This document shows, piece by piece, positions 4,919-15,961 of a stretch of DNA of 29,918 nucleotides. The translations under genes were made by a program, and so were the position numbers. Source of the stretch: a virus. Taxonomy: Duplodnaviria > Caudoviricetes. The stretch lies in the IMG/VR virus record IMGVR_UViG_3300011339_000379, positions 1 to 29,918 of that record; one strand, 5' to 3'. Each line of letters begins with the position of its first letter. The first letter of the stretch is position 1. The notes under the pieces are model-generated. The model was not told the origin of the DNA. It made no database searches and worked only from the letters and a program-made list of their open reading frames with translations.

Positions 4919-7096
4919 ATGGCTGAAGACATCTGGGGCATCGACGATTCCGTTCCTCCTGCGGAAGATCAGACCATTTCTGTTGATGACGCCGCCCATG
5001 AACTTGGCGCACTGGTCAATACTGCCGTCAATTTCATCGACGAGCAGCTTATGCCCGGATGGGAGACGGCTCAAAAATACTACGATGGCCTGACTGACAT
5101 CCAAACTGTCACTGGCCGCTCCAAAGTCGTGATGACTACAGTCAGGGACGCAATCCGATCTGCCCGTCCGTCCTTGATGCGTATCTTCCTGCAAGCAGAC
5201 ACCATCGTCGAGTTTGTTCCAAACGGCACAAAGTCAGCATCTTTGGCGGCGCAGCAGTCCAAATACGTCAATTCGCTGTTTTTCCGCTCAAACGGCTACC
5301 GCTCTCTCTACGATTGCATCCAAAACTCCATGCTGAAGAAGCTAGGAGTGATGAAATTCTGGTTCGATGACGCCACTGAGGTCAAATACATCGACCTGAC
5401 TGCCATTCCGACCGAGGAACTGGACCGAATCTCCTCTCGTCCTGACGCGATGATTATGAGTGTAGCGCCATCAGAGGCGCAGCCCGTCATTATCTCGCCG
5501 GACGGCACTCAAATCCAACTTTTTGACGCCCAAATCGCACTTTACGTCAAAAACGGCTCAATTCGTGTCGAAAACGTGCCTTTGGAGGAGTTTTTCATCG
5601 ACGAAAACGCCTCTGGCATCGAAGACGCTCGCGTCATCGGCCATCGTCGCCAAATGCGCGTGGGCGATGCCGTTGCAATGGGCCTTCCGTTTGAGGAACT
5701 GGACAACCTCGACACCATCGACCCAGAACTCTACGCAAACGCTGGCGAGTCAGAATATCGCCGTGGCTACATGAAAGTCACAGAGCAAGAGTCGATGGAC
5801 CGCATGATGCGGCTCGTCCTCATCACCGAATGCTACGCCCGCTACGATCTTGACGGCACAGGCATCCCGCAGCTATACCGCTTCTGGCTAGGCGGCACGA
5901 ATTACGAACTTCTACAGCATGAACGCGCTGCACAAATCCCATTCGGCCTAATCTCAATCGACCCAGAACCAAATACTGTCTTTGGTAAGTCGCTTTTCGA
6001 CATTGTGCGCCAAGAACAAGACACGATGACATCGCTCATTCGCGCGACAGTTGACAACGCCCACCTCTCCAACAACCGCCGTCTAGCCGTCCATGACACG
6101 CTCGTGAACATGGATGATGTGCTGAACCCCGCTGTAGGCGCTCCAATTCGTGTGAAAGCAGCAGGACAAATCCAAGAAATTGGGGTTCAGTCCACCATCT
6201 CGTCCATGCTCCCCCTTTTGCAGTTCCTCAAGCAAGACACTGAGCAGAAAGTCGGCATCACTGGCGCTGCAATGGGCATCGACCACGATGCTTTGCAGTC
6301 CACGACCCGCGAAGCCGCCATGAACACGATCCAACTTTCGCAAGGCCAGATCGAAGTCATGGCCCGCAACATCGCAGAAGGTCTGAAGACTGTCTTCAAC
6401 GGCATCCTCAAACTGTCCATGTGGCATATGCCGCGCGAGCAGATCATGGAAGTGAACGGCGATTACGTCCCCGTAGACACCGCCATCTTCGATCCTACGC
6501 TGTATATGCGGGCCAACGTGGGTCTGGGTACTGGAGAGGCTACAGAGCGTCTGGCGGGCCTACAGGGCGTCCTAGCGCAGCAGAAAGAGATTGTGGCTAC
6601 CTTGGGGCCAGCCAACCCCATCGTGACCTACCGCAACATCTACAACACGCTTGAGGACATGACCAAGCTGTACGGCATCTACAACGTCAGCCGCTACTTC
6701 TCGCCCGTCACGCCGGAAGTCGAACAAGTTCTCGCACAGCAAGCCCAACAGGCCGCACAGAACCAGCAGCCTGTGGTTGACCCCGGCACTGCGATGATCG
6801 AAGCCGAAAAGATCAAGGCTCAACTCAAAGAGCGCGAACTTTACGTCACCTCCATGCTGGAGGAGCGCCGCCTTGCGCTGGATAACCAAATCCGCGCACT
6901 GGAATTTGCCGCCAAAGACGACCTAGAGCGCGACAAGATGGCCCAAGACCTCGAAATCGCTGCCTCCAAGTCAGCTATCGACAAGCAGAAGATCGCTTTG
7001 GAGCAAGAAAAGATTCGGTTAGCACCCTACGAAGCGCCGACCGCCGAACCGCTGACTCCGCCGACCGCACCAGCAGAGGCAGCGCAAAATGGTTGA
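4919..7096 (+). CDS. Portal protein
   Basis: 725 aa after terL; N-terminal 'KYYDG...GRSKVV...VRDAI...PSLMRIF' typical of podovirus portals; Q-rich coiled-coil C-terminus. Confidence 0.92.
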   Translation: MAEDIWGIDDSVPPAEDQTISVDDAAHELGALVNTAVNFIDEQLMPGWETAQKYYDGLTDIQTVTGRSKVVMTTVRDAIRSARPSLMRIFLQADTIVEFVPNGTKSASLAAQQSKYVNSLFFRSNGYRSLYDCIQNSMLKKLGVMKFWFDDATEVKYIDLTAIPTEELDRISSRPDAMIMSVAPSEAQPVIISPDGTQIQLFDAQIALYVKNGSIRVENVPLEEFFIDENASGIEDARVIGHRRQMRVGDAVAMGLPFEELDNLDTIDPELYANAGESEYRRGYMKVTEQESMDRMMRLVLITECYARYDLDGTGIPQLYRFWLGGTNYELLQHERAAQIPFGLISIDPEPNTVFGKSLFDIVRQEQDTMTSLIRATVDNAHLSNNRRLAVHDTLVNMDDVLNPAVGAPIRVKAAGQIQEIGVQSTISSMLPLLQFLKQDTEQKVGITGAAMGIDHDALQSTTREAAMNTIQLSQGQIEVMARNIAEGLKTVFNGILKLSMWHMPREQIMEVNGDYVPVDTAIFDPTLYMRANVGLGTGEATERLAGLQGVLAQQKEIVATLGPANPIVTYRNIYNTLEDMTKLYGIYNVSRYFSPVTPEVEQVLAQQAQQAAQNQQPVVDPGTAMIEAEKIKAQLKERELYVTSMLEERRLALDNQIRALEFAAKDDLERDKMAQDLEIAASKSAIDKQKIALEQEKIRLAPYEAPTAEPLTPPTAPAEAAQNG

Positions 7097-7316
7097 CCCC
7101 TTCACAAAAGCCCGCCGCGCCCGCGAATTGCTGGAAGATATGGTCGTGACCGAAATCTGCAATCAGATGGTTGCAGAGGCTTTTGCAGAATTTTGTTCCG
7201 TTGACAGTCAAGACACTGTAAGCATGACTCACATCCACGCCAAAGTCAGGGCCGTGGATACATTTCGAGCAACGCTGCGTAATCTCGCGCGGCAGGTCGA
7301 TGAGAGGAAAAGCTAA
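7089..7316 (+). CDS. Hypothetical protein between portal and scaffold
   Basis: 75 aa, overlaps both neighbours. Confidence 0.75.
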   Translation: MVDPFTKARRARELLEDMVVTEICNQMVAEAFAEFCSVDSQDTVSMTHIHAKVRAVDTFRATLRNLARQVDERKS

Positions 7317-8326
7317 TGGCTCTTGAAGCCGGACAACCTACTGGCAAGATGTCGATGGACGACATTGCTGCCTCCATGATCGTCTCCACTGACCCTGTGA
7401 AGGAGGAGGAGACTACCGCTGACGCTGCGGACGATAGCGTCGAAGACCAAGTTGAAACGTCTGAGTCAGAATCTGAGTCAGATGACGCCCCCACCGATGA
7501 CACCGCCAACGACGATGATGAAAACTTCGAAACGATCCAACTAACCGACGATACGCTTATCTCGGTGACAGTAGATGGAGAGGGTCGAGAAGTAACGCTC
7601 GCTGACTTGAAACGTGCCTATTCTGGTGAAGGAGCAATCGAAAAGCGACTCCAAGTTGCCACGGAAACCAAAAAACAGGCCGAAAGCCTGAAGGTTCAAG
7701 TGGAGCAGGAGTTAAACTCTGGCCGTCAGAACCTCGTGAAAGCCTTTACAGCCTTCGAGAGCCTGATGTTCCAGCCTCAAATCCCGCAGCCTAGCCTCGC
7801 ACTTCAGCAAACCAACCCTACCCAATACCTCATCCAACTTGAGAATTGGCGGGCGGAGCAAGGTGAACTTCAAGCGAAGCGATCCAAAGTGCAGCAAGCT
7901 GTGGCGCTGTTCCAGCAGCAAGAGGTAGAGCAACGCGAGCAGATGAAGACGGAAGCCGCTCATCGCCTCGTCGAAGCTATGCCTGTGCTGCGCGATCCCG
8001 TAAAAGGGCCAGAAATTCAGCGAATGATGGTAGACGCCGCTCGTGCATACCAATTTGCTGATAGTGAACTGGCCGAAATTGTGGATCATCGGCTGTATCT
8101 CGTGCTGGCTGACGCCGCCGCCTACAGGCAACTGAAGGCCAAAGGGCAAGCAGCACCGCAGAAACAGACCAAGGCAGCAGTCACCATGAGGCCCGGAGCA
8201 TCGAAGCATCTCGCAACTGCAACGGCAGTAGCGCGGAACCAGAAGGCCGCTCTGGAAACCGCTCGCAAGTCAGGTCGCGTCGAAGACATCGCCGCCACCA
8301 TGCTTGTCCGCAAACCGAAAAGGTAG
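7316..8326 (+). CDS. Capsid scaffolding protein
   Basis: Acidic disordered N-terminus, 'VTVDGEGREVTLADLKRAYS' motif, coiled coil, directly before the capsid gene. Confidence 0.85.
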   Translation: MALEAGQPTGKMSMDDIAASMIVSTDPVKEEETTADAADDSVEDQVETSESESESDDAPTDDTANDDDENFETIQLTDDTLISVTVDGEGREVTLADLKRAYSGEGAIEKRLQVATETKKQAESLKVQVEQELNSGRQNLVKAFTAFESLMFQPQIPQPSLALQQTNPTQYLIQLENWRAEQGELQAKRSKVQQAVALFQQQEVEQREQMKTEAAHRLVEAMPVLRDPVKGPEIQRMMVDAARAYQFADSELAEIVDHRLYLVLADAAAYRQLKAKGQAAPQKQTKAAVTMRPGASKHLATATAVARNQKAALETARKSGRVEDIAATMLVRKPKR

Positions 8327-8332
8327 ACTATC

Positions 8333-9328
8333 ATGGCAGTTGATGCACAAACCATCGAAACGTATGACAACACTGTCATCCGTGAAGACCTCGAACAGCA
8401 GTACACGATGATCTCCCCAGAGGAGACGCCGTTCCAGACTGCTATCGGTATCGGCCCCTCGGCAACCAACACTTATCACGAGTGGACTGTTGTTGAACTG
8501 GCGACCCCCTCGACCTCGAACCGCGTCATCGAAGGTGACGATGCTCCGGGCGAAGATGACGGCACTCTGGGTAAGCGTTTTGGGAACTACACCCAGATCA
8601 GCGACAAGATCGTCTCGGTGTCTAACACCTCGGAAGCTGTTGATGCAGCCGCCGAAAACGTTCAGCGTCTGGCCGCTCAAGTCGCCATCAAGCTGAAGGA
8701 AATGAAGCGCGATATGGAGTCCATGCTGCTCCAGAACATCGCTGCTGCCGCTGGCTCGTCGGGTTCTGCCCGTCAGGCTGCTGGTCTGCCCGCTTGGCTG
8801 CGGACCAACATCGTTCTGGGTTCGGCGGGCGCTGCGCCCACTCTGTCCGGCACGACCGCTGGTTATCCTAACGCTGCCCTGACTCCCGGAACGGCTGTGG
8901 CCCTGACTGAAGTTCGTTTGAACAACGTCATCCAGTCGTGCTGGACGGAAGGCGCTACTCCGTCGATCATCATGGTCAACGCGAACAACAAGCGAGTCAT
9001 CTCGCAAGTGTTCACGGGCAACTCGACGCGCTACAAGGACGCCATTGACAAGCGTCTGACTGCCGCGATTGACGTCTATGACTCTGACTTTGGCGAACTT
9101 TCGGTTGTCCCGAACAGATTCCAGCAAACCACTGCATCGAACAACTACTCGGTGTATGTGCTGGACCCCGAATACGCGAGCCTCTGCTTCTTGGAGACTC
9201 CGCGTCAGACGGAACTGGCTCAGACTGGACACGCAAAGCGCCGCATGGTGCATTGCGAATACACTCTGAAAATCTCCAACGAGAAAGCCCACGGCGCGGT
9301 TCACGCGACCACTGGCGCTGCATCGTAA
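8333..9328 (+). CDS. Major capsid protein (DUF5309/SU10-like)
   Basis: 331 aa; 'IREDL....MISPEETPF', 'HEW', 'GNYTQI..K', 'KEMKRDME', 'DVYDSDFG.L.VVPNRF'; followed by a strong hairpin. Confidence 0.92.
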   Translation: MAVDAQTIETYDNTVIREDLEQQYTMISPEETPFQTAIGIGPSATNTYHEWTVVELATPSTSNRVIEGDDAPGEDDGTLGKRFGNYTQISDKIVSVSNTSEAVDAAAENVQRLAAQVAIKLKEMKRDMESMLLQNIAAAAGSSGSARQAAGLPAWLRTNIVLGSAGAAPTLSGTTAGYPNAALTPGTAVALTEVRLNNVIQSCWTEGATPSIIMVNANNKRVISQVFTGNSTRYKDAIDKRLTAAIDVYDSDFGELSVVPNRFQQTTASNNYSVYVLDPEYASLCFLETPRQTELAQTGHAKRRMVHCEYTLKISNEKAHGAVHATTGAAS

Positions 9329-9336
9329 TCCTGACT

Positions 9337-9358
9337 GGGGCGGCGGCAACGCCGCCCC
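9337..9358 (+). terminator. GC-rich hairpin after the capsid gene (weak terminator or mRNA stabiliser)
   Basis: GGGGCGGCG-gcaa-CGCCGCCCC with a GNRA loop; no U-tract follows. Confidence 0.6.
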
Positions 9359-9379
9359 TACCTCCAACATAGGTGCATT

Positions 9380-9610
9380 ATGGCCGACGAACCTGAAGTT
9401 ACTGCTGAAGTCGAAAAGTCAGCAGAACCCGCGCCCAAGAAACGCGCAAAACCCGTCACAGCAAAATACGAAGTCATCAATGGCGCAATCAGCCCCAATG
9501 GTGGCAGCATGGAAGACCTCGTACATCCGGGTTCCATTGTAGAATTGCCCACTGACTTGGCGATCCACTACAATAAATTGGGCTATCTGAAGCCCTACAT
9601 TGAGGAATAA
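9380..9610 (+). CDS. Hypothetical protein (76 aa)
   Basis: AGGTG RBS; fits the operon. Confidence 0.75.
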   Translation: MADEPEVTAEVEKSAEPAPKKRAKPVTAKYEVINGAISPNGGSMEDLVHPGSIVELPTDLAIHYNKLGYLKPYIEE

Positions 9611-9611
9611 T

Positions 9612-9914
9612 ATGCGTTCTCCGTTCTCGCCCATCGTTGAAAAGCTGTATCTCAACCCAAACGGGACGGAGTTTCATTTCGTTAAAACGCAAAACGTGCA
9701 GGGCATCCTAGAAGCAGCCAAGGACGCAGCAGAAATTCTGCGTCCTAACACTGGCCCTGCTGGCGGCAAATACCTCGGTACAGTGCCTGTCCTGATCGCC
9801 CAGCAGTGGGCAAAGGAATGTGGCGCAGCAGTAGGCTCGCGTGAGTGGGCAACTTATGCTAAAACGAAGCTACGCGATGGAACGTGGTCCAGACTCAGGG
9901 TGCATCAGAAATGA
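9612..9914 (+). CDS. Hypothetical phage protein (100 aa)
   Basis: GAGGA RBS before ATG 9612; ATGA overlap with the adaptor gene. Confidence 0.75.
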   Translation: MRSPFSPIVEKLYLNPNGTEFHFVKTQNVQGILEAAKDAAEILRPNTGPAGGKYLGTVPVLIAQQWAKECGAAVGSREWATYAKTKLRDGTWSRLRVHQK

Positions 9915-10537
9915 ATTACGCTGCTTTCAAAGCCTACCTAGCGCGGTTTGTTTGGCGCAACGGCGACACAGTGTTCGAGGCAGACCTCGACAACATGGTC
10001 AACATGGCCCATGCCCGCCTGAACCGCGATCTGCGTATTCAGCGCATGATCGTCGTCGCAAGCACCAGCCTGACTTCTGACATGATCTCCTTGCCTACCA
10101 ATTATTTGGAAATGCGGACGATCACCTCAGACAGCCCTCCTGCCCCCATGCAGTACGTCAGCCCATACGAGCGCGAGCGGATCAAACTCGCTAACGCCAG
10201 CACGTTCCAGCCGATCTACACGATCACTGGGGACGCGATCTTTTTTGTCGGTCCGATGTCTGCTGCGGACAATCCGGCCAGATCAGTCATCCTGACTTAC
10301 TACAGCAAAATCCCTGACTTTGCGACGACCAACTCCTCGTGGCTGGCCGACGAGTACCTCGACCTCTACACCTACGCCGTCCTGCGCCACACGCCAGCTT
10401 ATCTCAAAGACGACGAGCGCGTTGCCCTGTGGAAGAACGAGTACGACGAGACACTCGCCTCTGTGGTCGCTGCTGAAGCTGGTCGCCGCTACGCCGGAAG
10501 CCCACTTCGCGCACCGATGCCGGGAGTTGTCGCATGA
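9911..10537 (+). CDS. Head-tail adaptor (tail tubular A-like)
   Basis: 'AHARLNRDLRI', 'LPTNYLEMR', 'YYSKIP', 'WL..Y.DLY.YA.L...AYLKDDER...W'; position after capsid. Confidence 0.75.
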   Translation: MNYAAFKAYLARFVWRNGDTVFEADLDNMVNMAHARLNRDLRIQRMIVVASTSLTSDMISLPTNYLEMRTITSDSPPAPMQYVSPYERERIKLANASTFQPIYTITGDAIFFVGPMSAADNPARSVILTYYSKIPDFATTNSSWLADEYLDLYTYAVLRHTPAYLKDDERVALWKNEYDETLASVVAAEAGRRYAGSPLRAPMPGVVA

Positions 10538-10836
10538 GCCTGACTCAAGCTATGTCGATGGACTTGCCGCTGACTCCGATTGTATCTATCCATACTACAA
10601 ATGGACGCGGCTTTACGCCGGAAGAAGTTGCTTCCCGCTGTGTCGATAAGCTGATGAGTGTCGCTGAGTCAGCGCCTCCAGTCATCAAAGATCAAGCGAA
10701 AGCCTTCAAAAACCATATGGAAACGATCATTGCTGTCTATATGCGCGAGGCTATCGCCAGCGACCGCACAACTGTGTATAATGCACTCAACGATGCTGGT
10801 CGCCCTGACCTAGCTGAACTTATCAGGAGGCTCTGA
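10534..10836 (+). CDS. Conserved hypothetical phage protein
   Basis: 100 aa, 'TTNGRGFTPEEVA...APPVIKDQA.AFK'; coupled at both ends. Confidence 0.8.
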   Translation: MSLTQAMSMDLPLTPIVSIHTTNGRGFTPEEVASRCVDKLMSVAESAPPVIKDQAKAFKNHMETIIAVYMREAIASDRTTVYNALNDAGRPDLAELIRRL

Positions 10837-11309
10837 TGGCATTCTCTGGCAACTTTATGACCACCTCGTTCAAGACAGAACTCTTGAAGGGTTGTCACGA
10901 CTTCACTCCAAACTCGTCACAAAGTGGCACAGGTGATACGTTCAAACTAGCTTTGTACGATAACACGCCTACTTTTGACGCTTCTACTACCACCTACACA
11001 ACATCAGGTGAGGTAGGCGCATCTGGTTCTTATGCCACTGGTGGTGGTACGCTATTAAATGTCACACCAGTAAATTCCAGCACTACGGCGTTTACCGACT
11101 TCTCTGACTTGACGTTTACCACAGCGACCATCACGGCCTACGGCGCGATGATCTACAACTCAACGCCAAACACCACATCGTCGTCTGGCCTGACGAACCC
11201 TGCTGTCGCCATCTTGTACTTTGGCTCGGCCAAGACCTCGACCGCTGGTGACTTCAGCATCGTGTTCCCCGCAGCCGCTGCATCGACGGCCATCATTCGG
11301 ATCGCGTAA
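10836..11309 (+). CDS. Virion structural protein, tail-associated
   Basis: 157 aa, S/T/G-rich, 'TSFKTELL', 'FKLALY', '[13 protein letters not shown]'; GGAGG RBS. Confidence 0.75.
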   Translation: MAFSGNFMTTSFKTELLKGCHDFTPNSSQSGTGDTFKLALYDNTPTFDASTTTYTTSGEVGASGSYATGGGTLLNVTPVNSSTTAFTDFSDLTFTTATITAYGAMIYNSTPNTTSSSGLTNPAVAILYFGSAKTSTAGDFSIVFPAAAASTAIIRIA

Positions 11310-12103
11310 TGCCTAGATTCCTCAACCGCGCCAAGATGACGACTGCCACCACGGGGACAGGCACGATTACGCTTGGCTCTGTGTCGAGCAACTTTCAGTC
11401 ATTTGCTGCGGCTGGTTTGCTAGATGGAGAGGTAGTTCGCTACACGATTGAGGATGGTCTAGATTGGGAAATCGGATTAGGTGTCTACACCTCGTCTGGC
11501 ACGACCTTATCGCGCACCCTTACATCGTCCAGCACTGGATCGCTGCTGTCGCTGGATGGTGCTGCGGTTGTTTATATCACGTTGGCTGCGGAGGATGTCC
11601 AAGAAGAATTTTGGATACAGCAGAACGCCACCTACACGCTGACAAGCAGCACATCGCAGCAGAAACTGTTTAACGCTTCCACCAACGGCGCACTGACTTT
11701 GCCTATCGGGACGTATCGCTATGAGTCCATACTTTACCTAACCACTATGAACGCCGTGACATCTGGTAATGGCGCATTTGGTATCTTGGGCGCTGGCACT
11801 GCAACAATCTCATCCGCTCTGTCTCAGGCAGTAGGCATCGACGTTGCACTTGGCGCTGGCGCTGCTGCGGGAACATCCTACTGGACGGGTGCTACATCAA
11901 ACGCAGCCATAGTTACCATATCTGCGGCTGGATCGTTGGGCGTAACTATCCGTGGAACATTCAGGGTTTCGGTTGCTGGAACACTTATCCCGTCATTTAC
12001 ACTAACTACAGCCGCAGCCGCTATCGTGCAGACAAACAGTTACTTTATGGCAAGACGTATCAGTGCCAGCGATACCGCAGTGACTTACGGCCAGTGGAGT
12101 TGA
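11309..12103 (+). CDS. Tail fibre-associated protein
   Basis: N-terminal '[17 protein letters not shown]...WEIGLG.Y...TLSR' module followed by a beta-rich C-terminal domain. Confidence 0.7.
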   Translation: MPRFLNRAKMTTATTGTGTITLGSVSSNFQSFAAAGLLDGEVVRYTIEDGLDWEIGLGVYTSSGTTLSRTLTSSSTGSLLSLDGAAVVYITLAAEDVQEEFWIQQNATYTLTSSTSQQKLFNASTNGALTLPIGTYRYESILYLTTMNAVTSGNGAFGILGAGTATISSALSQAVGIDVALGAGAAAGTSYWTGATSNAAIVTISAAGSLGVTIRGTFRVSVAGTLIPSFTLTTAAAAIVQTNSYFMARRISASDTAVTYGQWS

Positions 12104-12285
12104 TGATGGAAATAGTCAAAGCACGGGTTGAAAATGGTGTGGTGGTTGAGGCATTCTTGATTGCGGACATCCCTTTTCCCAACGATGTATATCGCGCTGA
12201 CTTAGCTGACTGGCTGACTGCTCCGACTGAAGTTGGTGTTGGCTGGCTCTACGATGGCGCTACGTTCACACCTCCGATGGAGTGA
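12103..12285 (+). CDS. Small protein, possible fibre assembly factor
   Basis: 60 aa, 'VENGVVV...VGVGWLYDGATFTPP', a type often found beside glycine-rich fibre genes; TGATG coupling. Confidence 0.65.
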   Translation: MMEIVKARVENGVVVEAFLIADIPFPNDVYRADLADWLTAPTEVGVGWLYDGATFTPPME

Positions 12286-12291
12286 TAATAT

Positions 12292-13809
12292 ATGTTTGGC
12301 TCATTCCCATTAGCCGCTTTCCCCATAGCGGATGATGGGGGACTTGGCCCAAATGTTGTTACGATATTCCTGACCTCTGGAACATCTTGGACCGTTCCAA
12401 GTGATTGGAATAACTCTGTTAATAGCATTGAAGTTATTGGCGCTGGTGGTTCTGGTGGTGTTGCATTTTCTGTTGGTAATTCAGATGCAAAAGCCGTCGG
12501 CGGCGGTGGCGGGGCATACTCGCGCATAAATAATGCCACACTAACTCCGTCAAGTTCTGTAGCATATTCTATTGGGCAGGGCGGGGCTGGTGTTACAAGA
12601 GGACCAACTGGTACAGGGCTTTCTGTTAGTGGAAATGCTGGCGGTGATACATACTTTGTAAATACCAGCACTGTCCTTGCTAAAGGTGGCGCTGGAGGCG
12701 GTGCAACAACCAACTCAAATAACACAGTTTCTGCTGCTGCTGGCGGTTCCGCAGTGTCTAGTATTGGCACAATAAAATACTCTGGCGGCTCTAGCGGTGC
12801 TATAACAAATTCAAACAGTACAGTTTCTGCAACTGGTGGTGGTGGCGCTGCTGGACGTTATGGTGCTGGGGGAAGTTCTGCCTCCACAGCAGTTTTTGCT
12901 GAAACTAATGGTGGAAATGGTGACGCTAATAAAGGTGGCGCTGGAGGTACAGTTAGTACGCCTACAGGAACGGATGGTGTTGAGTATGGAAATGGGTATG
13001 GTTCAGGCGGTGGGCCAAAAGCACAATCTACTTACCCATTAACCGCTAACCTTAGTGGTCGTGTAGGTAGAAATTATGGCGCTGGGTCTTCAGGTAGTTC
13101 TGGTTCTGGTGCATCATTTACAGTAACCACATTGGCTGGCGCTAACGGCCTGATTATTATCCGTTATGTTCCATTAGGTGACGTATCGGTAACTCTAACT
13201 GGTGTGTCTGTAACAGGCAGCACCGATGCTGTCTCCGTCTCTGGTAAGGCCAATCTAACAGCAACTGGCAGTGAAGGCACTGGAGCGGTCGGCGCAGTTT
13301 CCTTCGTCGGCGGCTCGAGCGTTACGCTGACCGGGCTGGCCGCAACTGGCGCCGTTGGCACAGTCGAAGTCAGCGCCAAAGCTGTCCTGTCTGTCACTGG
13401 TGTCGAGGCTACTGGCAGCGTTGGTGATGTCACGATCATCTCGCCAATCACTGCAACTGGCGTCAGTGGCACTGGTGCAGTGGGTAGCCCTGTAGTCACA
13501 GGGTCTGTTCCAGTGACCATTACGGGGCTAGAGGCTACTGGGGCCGTCGAGTCAGTCACAATCAATACCACGACCAACGTCACAGTCAGCGGTGTCTCTG
13601 CCACTGGTGCAGTCGGGACTGCGACAGTCCTGCTTTCGATTTCTGGTCTATCTGCCACTGGCAGTGTGGGCATAGTCCAAGTCAGGGCGTGGTCCAACAT
13701 AGACGACCAAAGCGTGACTTACACTCCTGTTGTTCCGACAGGCGGTTCAGGTTATACTCCCATAACGCCAGATACTACAGAAGTCTGGACCCCGATCACG
13801 ATTGCATAA
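12292..13809 (+). CDS. Glycine-rich, repeat-containing tail fibre or whisker protein
   Basis: 505 aa; Gly-rich domain ('[10 protein letters not shown]...[11 protein letters not shown]...[10 protein letters not shown]') plus about 8 repeats of roughly 21 aa (V.VTG..ATG.VG). Confidence 0.75.
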   Translation: MFGSFPLAAFPIADDGGLGPNVVTIFLTSGTSWTVPSDWNNSVNSIEVIGAGGSGGVAFSVGNSDAKAVGGGGGAYSRINNATLTPSSSVAYSIGQGGAGVTRGPTGTGLSVSGNAGGDTYFVNTSTVLAKGGAGGGATTNSNNTVSAAAGGSAVSSIGTIKYSGGSSGAITNSNSTVSATGGGGAAGRYGAGGSSASTAVFAETNGGNGDANKGGAGGTVSTPTGTDGVEYGNGYGSGGGPKAQSTYPLTANLSGRVGRNYGAGSSGSSGSGASFTVTTLAGANGLIIIRYVPLGDVSVTLTGVSVTGSTDAVSVSGKANLTATGSEGTGAVGAVSFVGGSSVTLTGLAATGAVGTVEVSAKAVLSVTGVEATGSVGDVTIISPITATGVSGTGAVGSPVVTGSVPVTITGLEATGAVESVTINTTTNVTVSGVSATGAVGTATVLLSISGLSATGSVGIVQVRAWSNIDDQSVTYTPVVPTGGSGYTPITPDTTEVWTPITIA

Positions 13810-13820
13810 GGTGGCAACAG

Positions 13821-14924
13821 ATGGCCGATACAACAACGACGAACTACGGCTTGACGAAACCTGAAGTTGGGGCCAGCGGCGACACTTGGGGAACCAAGCT
13901 AAATGCTGACTTGGACGCTGTTGACGCCCTGCTCGGAGGCACGGGCGCGCAAAAAGCAAAACCGAATCTGTCGGGTGGCCTCTGGAAGATCGACGGCACT
14001 GCGGTCACAGTCACTGCTGCTGAACTGAATTACCTCGACATCGCCGCATTGGGCGCATCTGAAGCCTCAAAGGCACTCACGGCAGACGCCTCTGGCAACG
14101 TCAATATCCGCTCTGCTGGCGCAATAATTCTTCTGAACAGCGACAACACCAATAGCTACTACATCCAGAACAATGGGGCTACTGGTGGATCAAACTCAGT
14201 TTTTGACATAATTCAAAACGGGGTCGGAACCCGTGTGCGTGTCGATACTTCTGGCAACGTGGGCATTGGGGTTACGCCAAGTGCTTGGGACCAAGGTCGT
14301 GTATTGCAGATAGGAACAACTTCCTTCGGCTCTATCTATGACAACGGGTTTTCTGCCTTTTCCGCTGGCACAAATCACTACGTCAACTCTGGTGCAAATA
14401 AGTATATCGGCACTGGCCTTGCTACAGTTTATACCCAGCAAAGCGGCACACACGCATGGTACAACGCCCCATCTGGCACGGCTGGCAACGCCATCACCTT
14501 CACCCAAGCTATGACGCTGGATGCAAGCGGAAACTTGGGCATTGGTACTTCTTCGCCAACGGCGAAATTGGACGTAGCTGGGACAACAAACCTTGGAGGC
14601 TCTACGACTGTTCCAGCGGGTGTAACCACAACCGCAGCCAATGACGGCACGAAGTCAACGGGGACGTACACGCCGACACCTGTTGGCGGCAACATGAAAT
14701 ACATCTCCAACGCTGGTGCATTCACCCTAGCAGCGCCAACGGCGTCAGGTGACTATACGATGGTCATCCAGATCACCAACGCTTCTGGGGCAGGGGCGAT
14801 CACACTGACTGGTTTCACACGCACAGTTGGTGACGCGCTGACTACAACTGTAGGCAGCAAGTTCTTTGTGAACATCACAAAACTCAACAGCCTTACTATG
14901 GCTAGTGTGGTGGCGCTGCAATGA
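13821..14924 (+). CDS. Tail fibre protein
   Basis: Start at ATG 13821 (AAGGTGG RBS); '[27 protein letters not shown]' anchor and 'SGNVGIG' / '[11 protein letters not shown]' fibre repeats. Confidence 0.85.
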   Translation: MADTTTTNYGLTKPEVGASGDTWGTKLNADLDAVDALLGGTGAQKAKPNLSGGLWKIDGTAVTVTAAELNYLDIAALGASEASKALTADASGNVNIRSAGAIILLNSDNTNSYYIQNNGATGGSNSVFDIIQNGVGTRVRVDTSGNVGIGVTPSAWDQGRVLQIGTTSFGSIYDNGFSAFSAGTNHYVNSGANKYIGTGLATVYTQQSGTHAWYNAPSGTAGNAITFTQAMTLDASGNLGIGTSSPTAKLDVAGTTNLGGSTTVPAGVTTTAANDGTKSTGTYTPTPVGGNMKYISNAGAFTLAAPTASGDYTMVIQITNASGAGAITLTGFTRTVGDALTTTVGSKFFVNITKLNSLTMASVVALQ

Positions 14925-15691
14925 GTTTCCCTCTGATGCCCTTTTCTGGTGGGCCGTATATGCTGAGTCAGGCTGAAGTGGCTGATTTTGTATACAACAA
15001 TTACCTTACCTTGTGTTCCACCACAGATAGGAATCCGTCAGTCTTTACCACAAGGACTGCGCGAGCAGCATCGACAAGTCGGGAAATCACTACGTCTAGT
15101 GGGACGTTCAACACTACAATTCCCGCTACTGCTGGACTTTTTAATGGCTGCACGTTTCTATTTTTTGGCGGCAGGGATACAGCCGTTGCCAACATATCCG
15201 CAGCTACTGTAAACGGAAACTCCCTTTCAATTACTCAAGTGTATAATAATATAGGAACCCCCTCCAACACGGCCACTGGTGTCAGTCTGTACTATGGGTA
15301 TATCCCGCAGATACGTCCGCAAGATATTACAAATTGCGCGGCGACCTTTCCCGTGGGTGGGGGAAGCAACATCCTAACCGCAGGGTGCATCTATATAGTT
15401 CCGGGGAAGTGGACACCTCAAGCATATACAGTTGGCGCAGCGGGCGCAGCATTGACTGTTTCTATCGCGGCAAATGAGATGGTCGCCTACAGTTGCTACA
15501 GTGAGACGGATAGTTCCGCAAACAATATTACCCAGACCGCTGGGACGCTGATAGCAAGCGCCAAACAGAATTGGTATGACGGCGCACAGCATGGCTTGGT
15601 GTACAGGACCACTGATGGTTCCGTTACGATGACACCAACAGCAACGGCATCTACTGGCTATGTCTATGCCAGCAAACTTGTGTATGGTTAA
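14921..15691 (+). CDS. Putative tail fibre tip or receptor-binding protein
   Basis: 256 aa, T/A/G/Y-rich, ATGA-coupled to the fibre gene. Confidence 0.55.
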   Translation: MSFPLMPFSGGPYMLSQAEVADFVYNNYLTLCSTTDRNPSVFTTRTARAASTSREITTSSGTFNTTIPATAGLFNGCTFLFFGGRDTAVANISAATVNGNSLSITQVYNNIGTPSNTATGVSLYYGYIPQIRPQDITNCAATFPVGGGSNILTAGCIYIVPGKWTPQAYTVGAAGAALTVSIAANEMVAYSCYSETDSSANNITQTAGTLIASAKQNWYDGAQHGLVYRTTDGSVTMTPTATASTGYVYASKLVYG

Positions 15692-15700
15692 GGTAAGATT

Positions 15701-15961
15701 ATGCAGCCAGATGTGACAACAATGGAACTAATACAACTTGGTCTGCAATTTGCGGTCCTGCCTCTGGCTGCGTTCATGTGGGCGCATTACACCATGACTC
15801 AAGCCCATGACCGCGACATCGCTGTCATAAAATCGGAACACGCCTTGGTCAAAGAACACCATGACCGCGAGTTCAAAGATGTCAAAGACAGCCTAAAGAA
15901 CGTGCTGCAAAAGCTAGACGAGATTCAGAAATCTGTGAGTAAGTCAGGAGGCAGCGCATGA
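15701..15961 (+). CDS. Membrane protein with one TM segment and a coiled coil; putative holin or lysis accessory
   Basis: Hydrophobic LIQLGLQFAVLPLAAFMWA, then a charged heptad-like tail; begins the lysis cassette. Confidence 0.55.
   Translation: MQPDVTTMELIQLGLQFAVLPLAAFMWAHYTMTQAHDRDIAVIKSEHALVKEHHDREFKDVKDSLKNVLQKLDEIQKSVSKSGGSA

Noticed and set aside
8270-9370. 366-aa antisense ORF over the major capsid gene
   Set aside because: Shadow frame of a codon-biased gene; no RBS or recognisable motif. The same applies to the other antisense ORFs over terL, portal, fibre and ejection genes.
10777-10782. TATAAT as an internal promoter
   Set aside because: No -35 or extended -10 element; it lies within coding sequence (V-Y-N).
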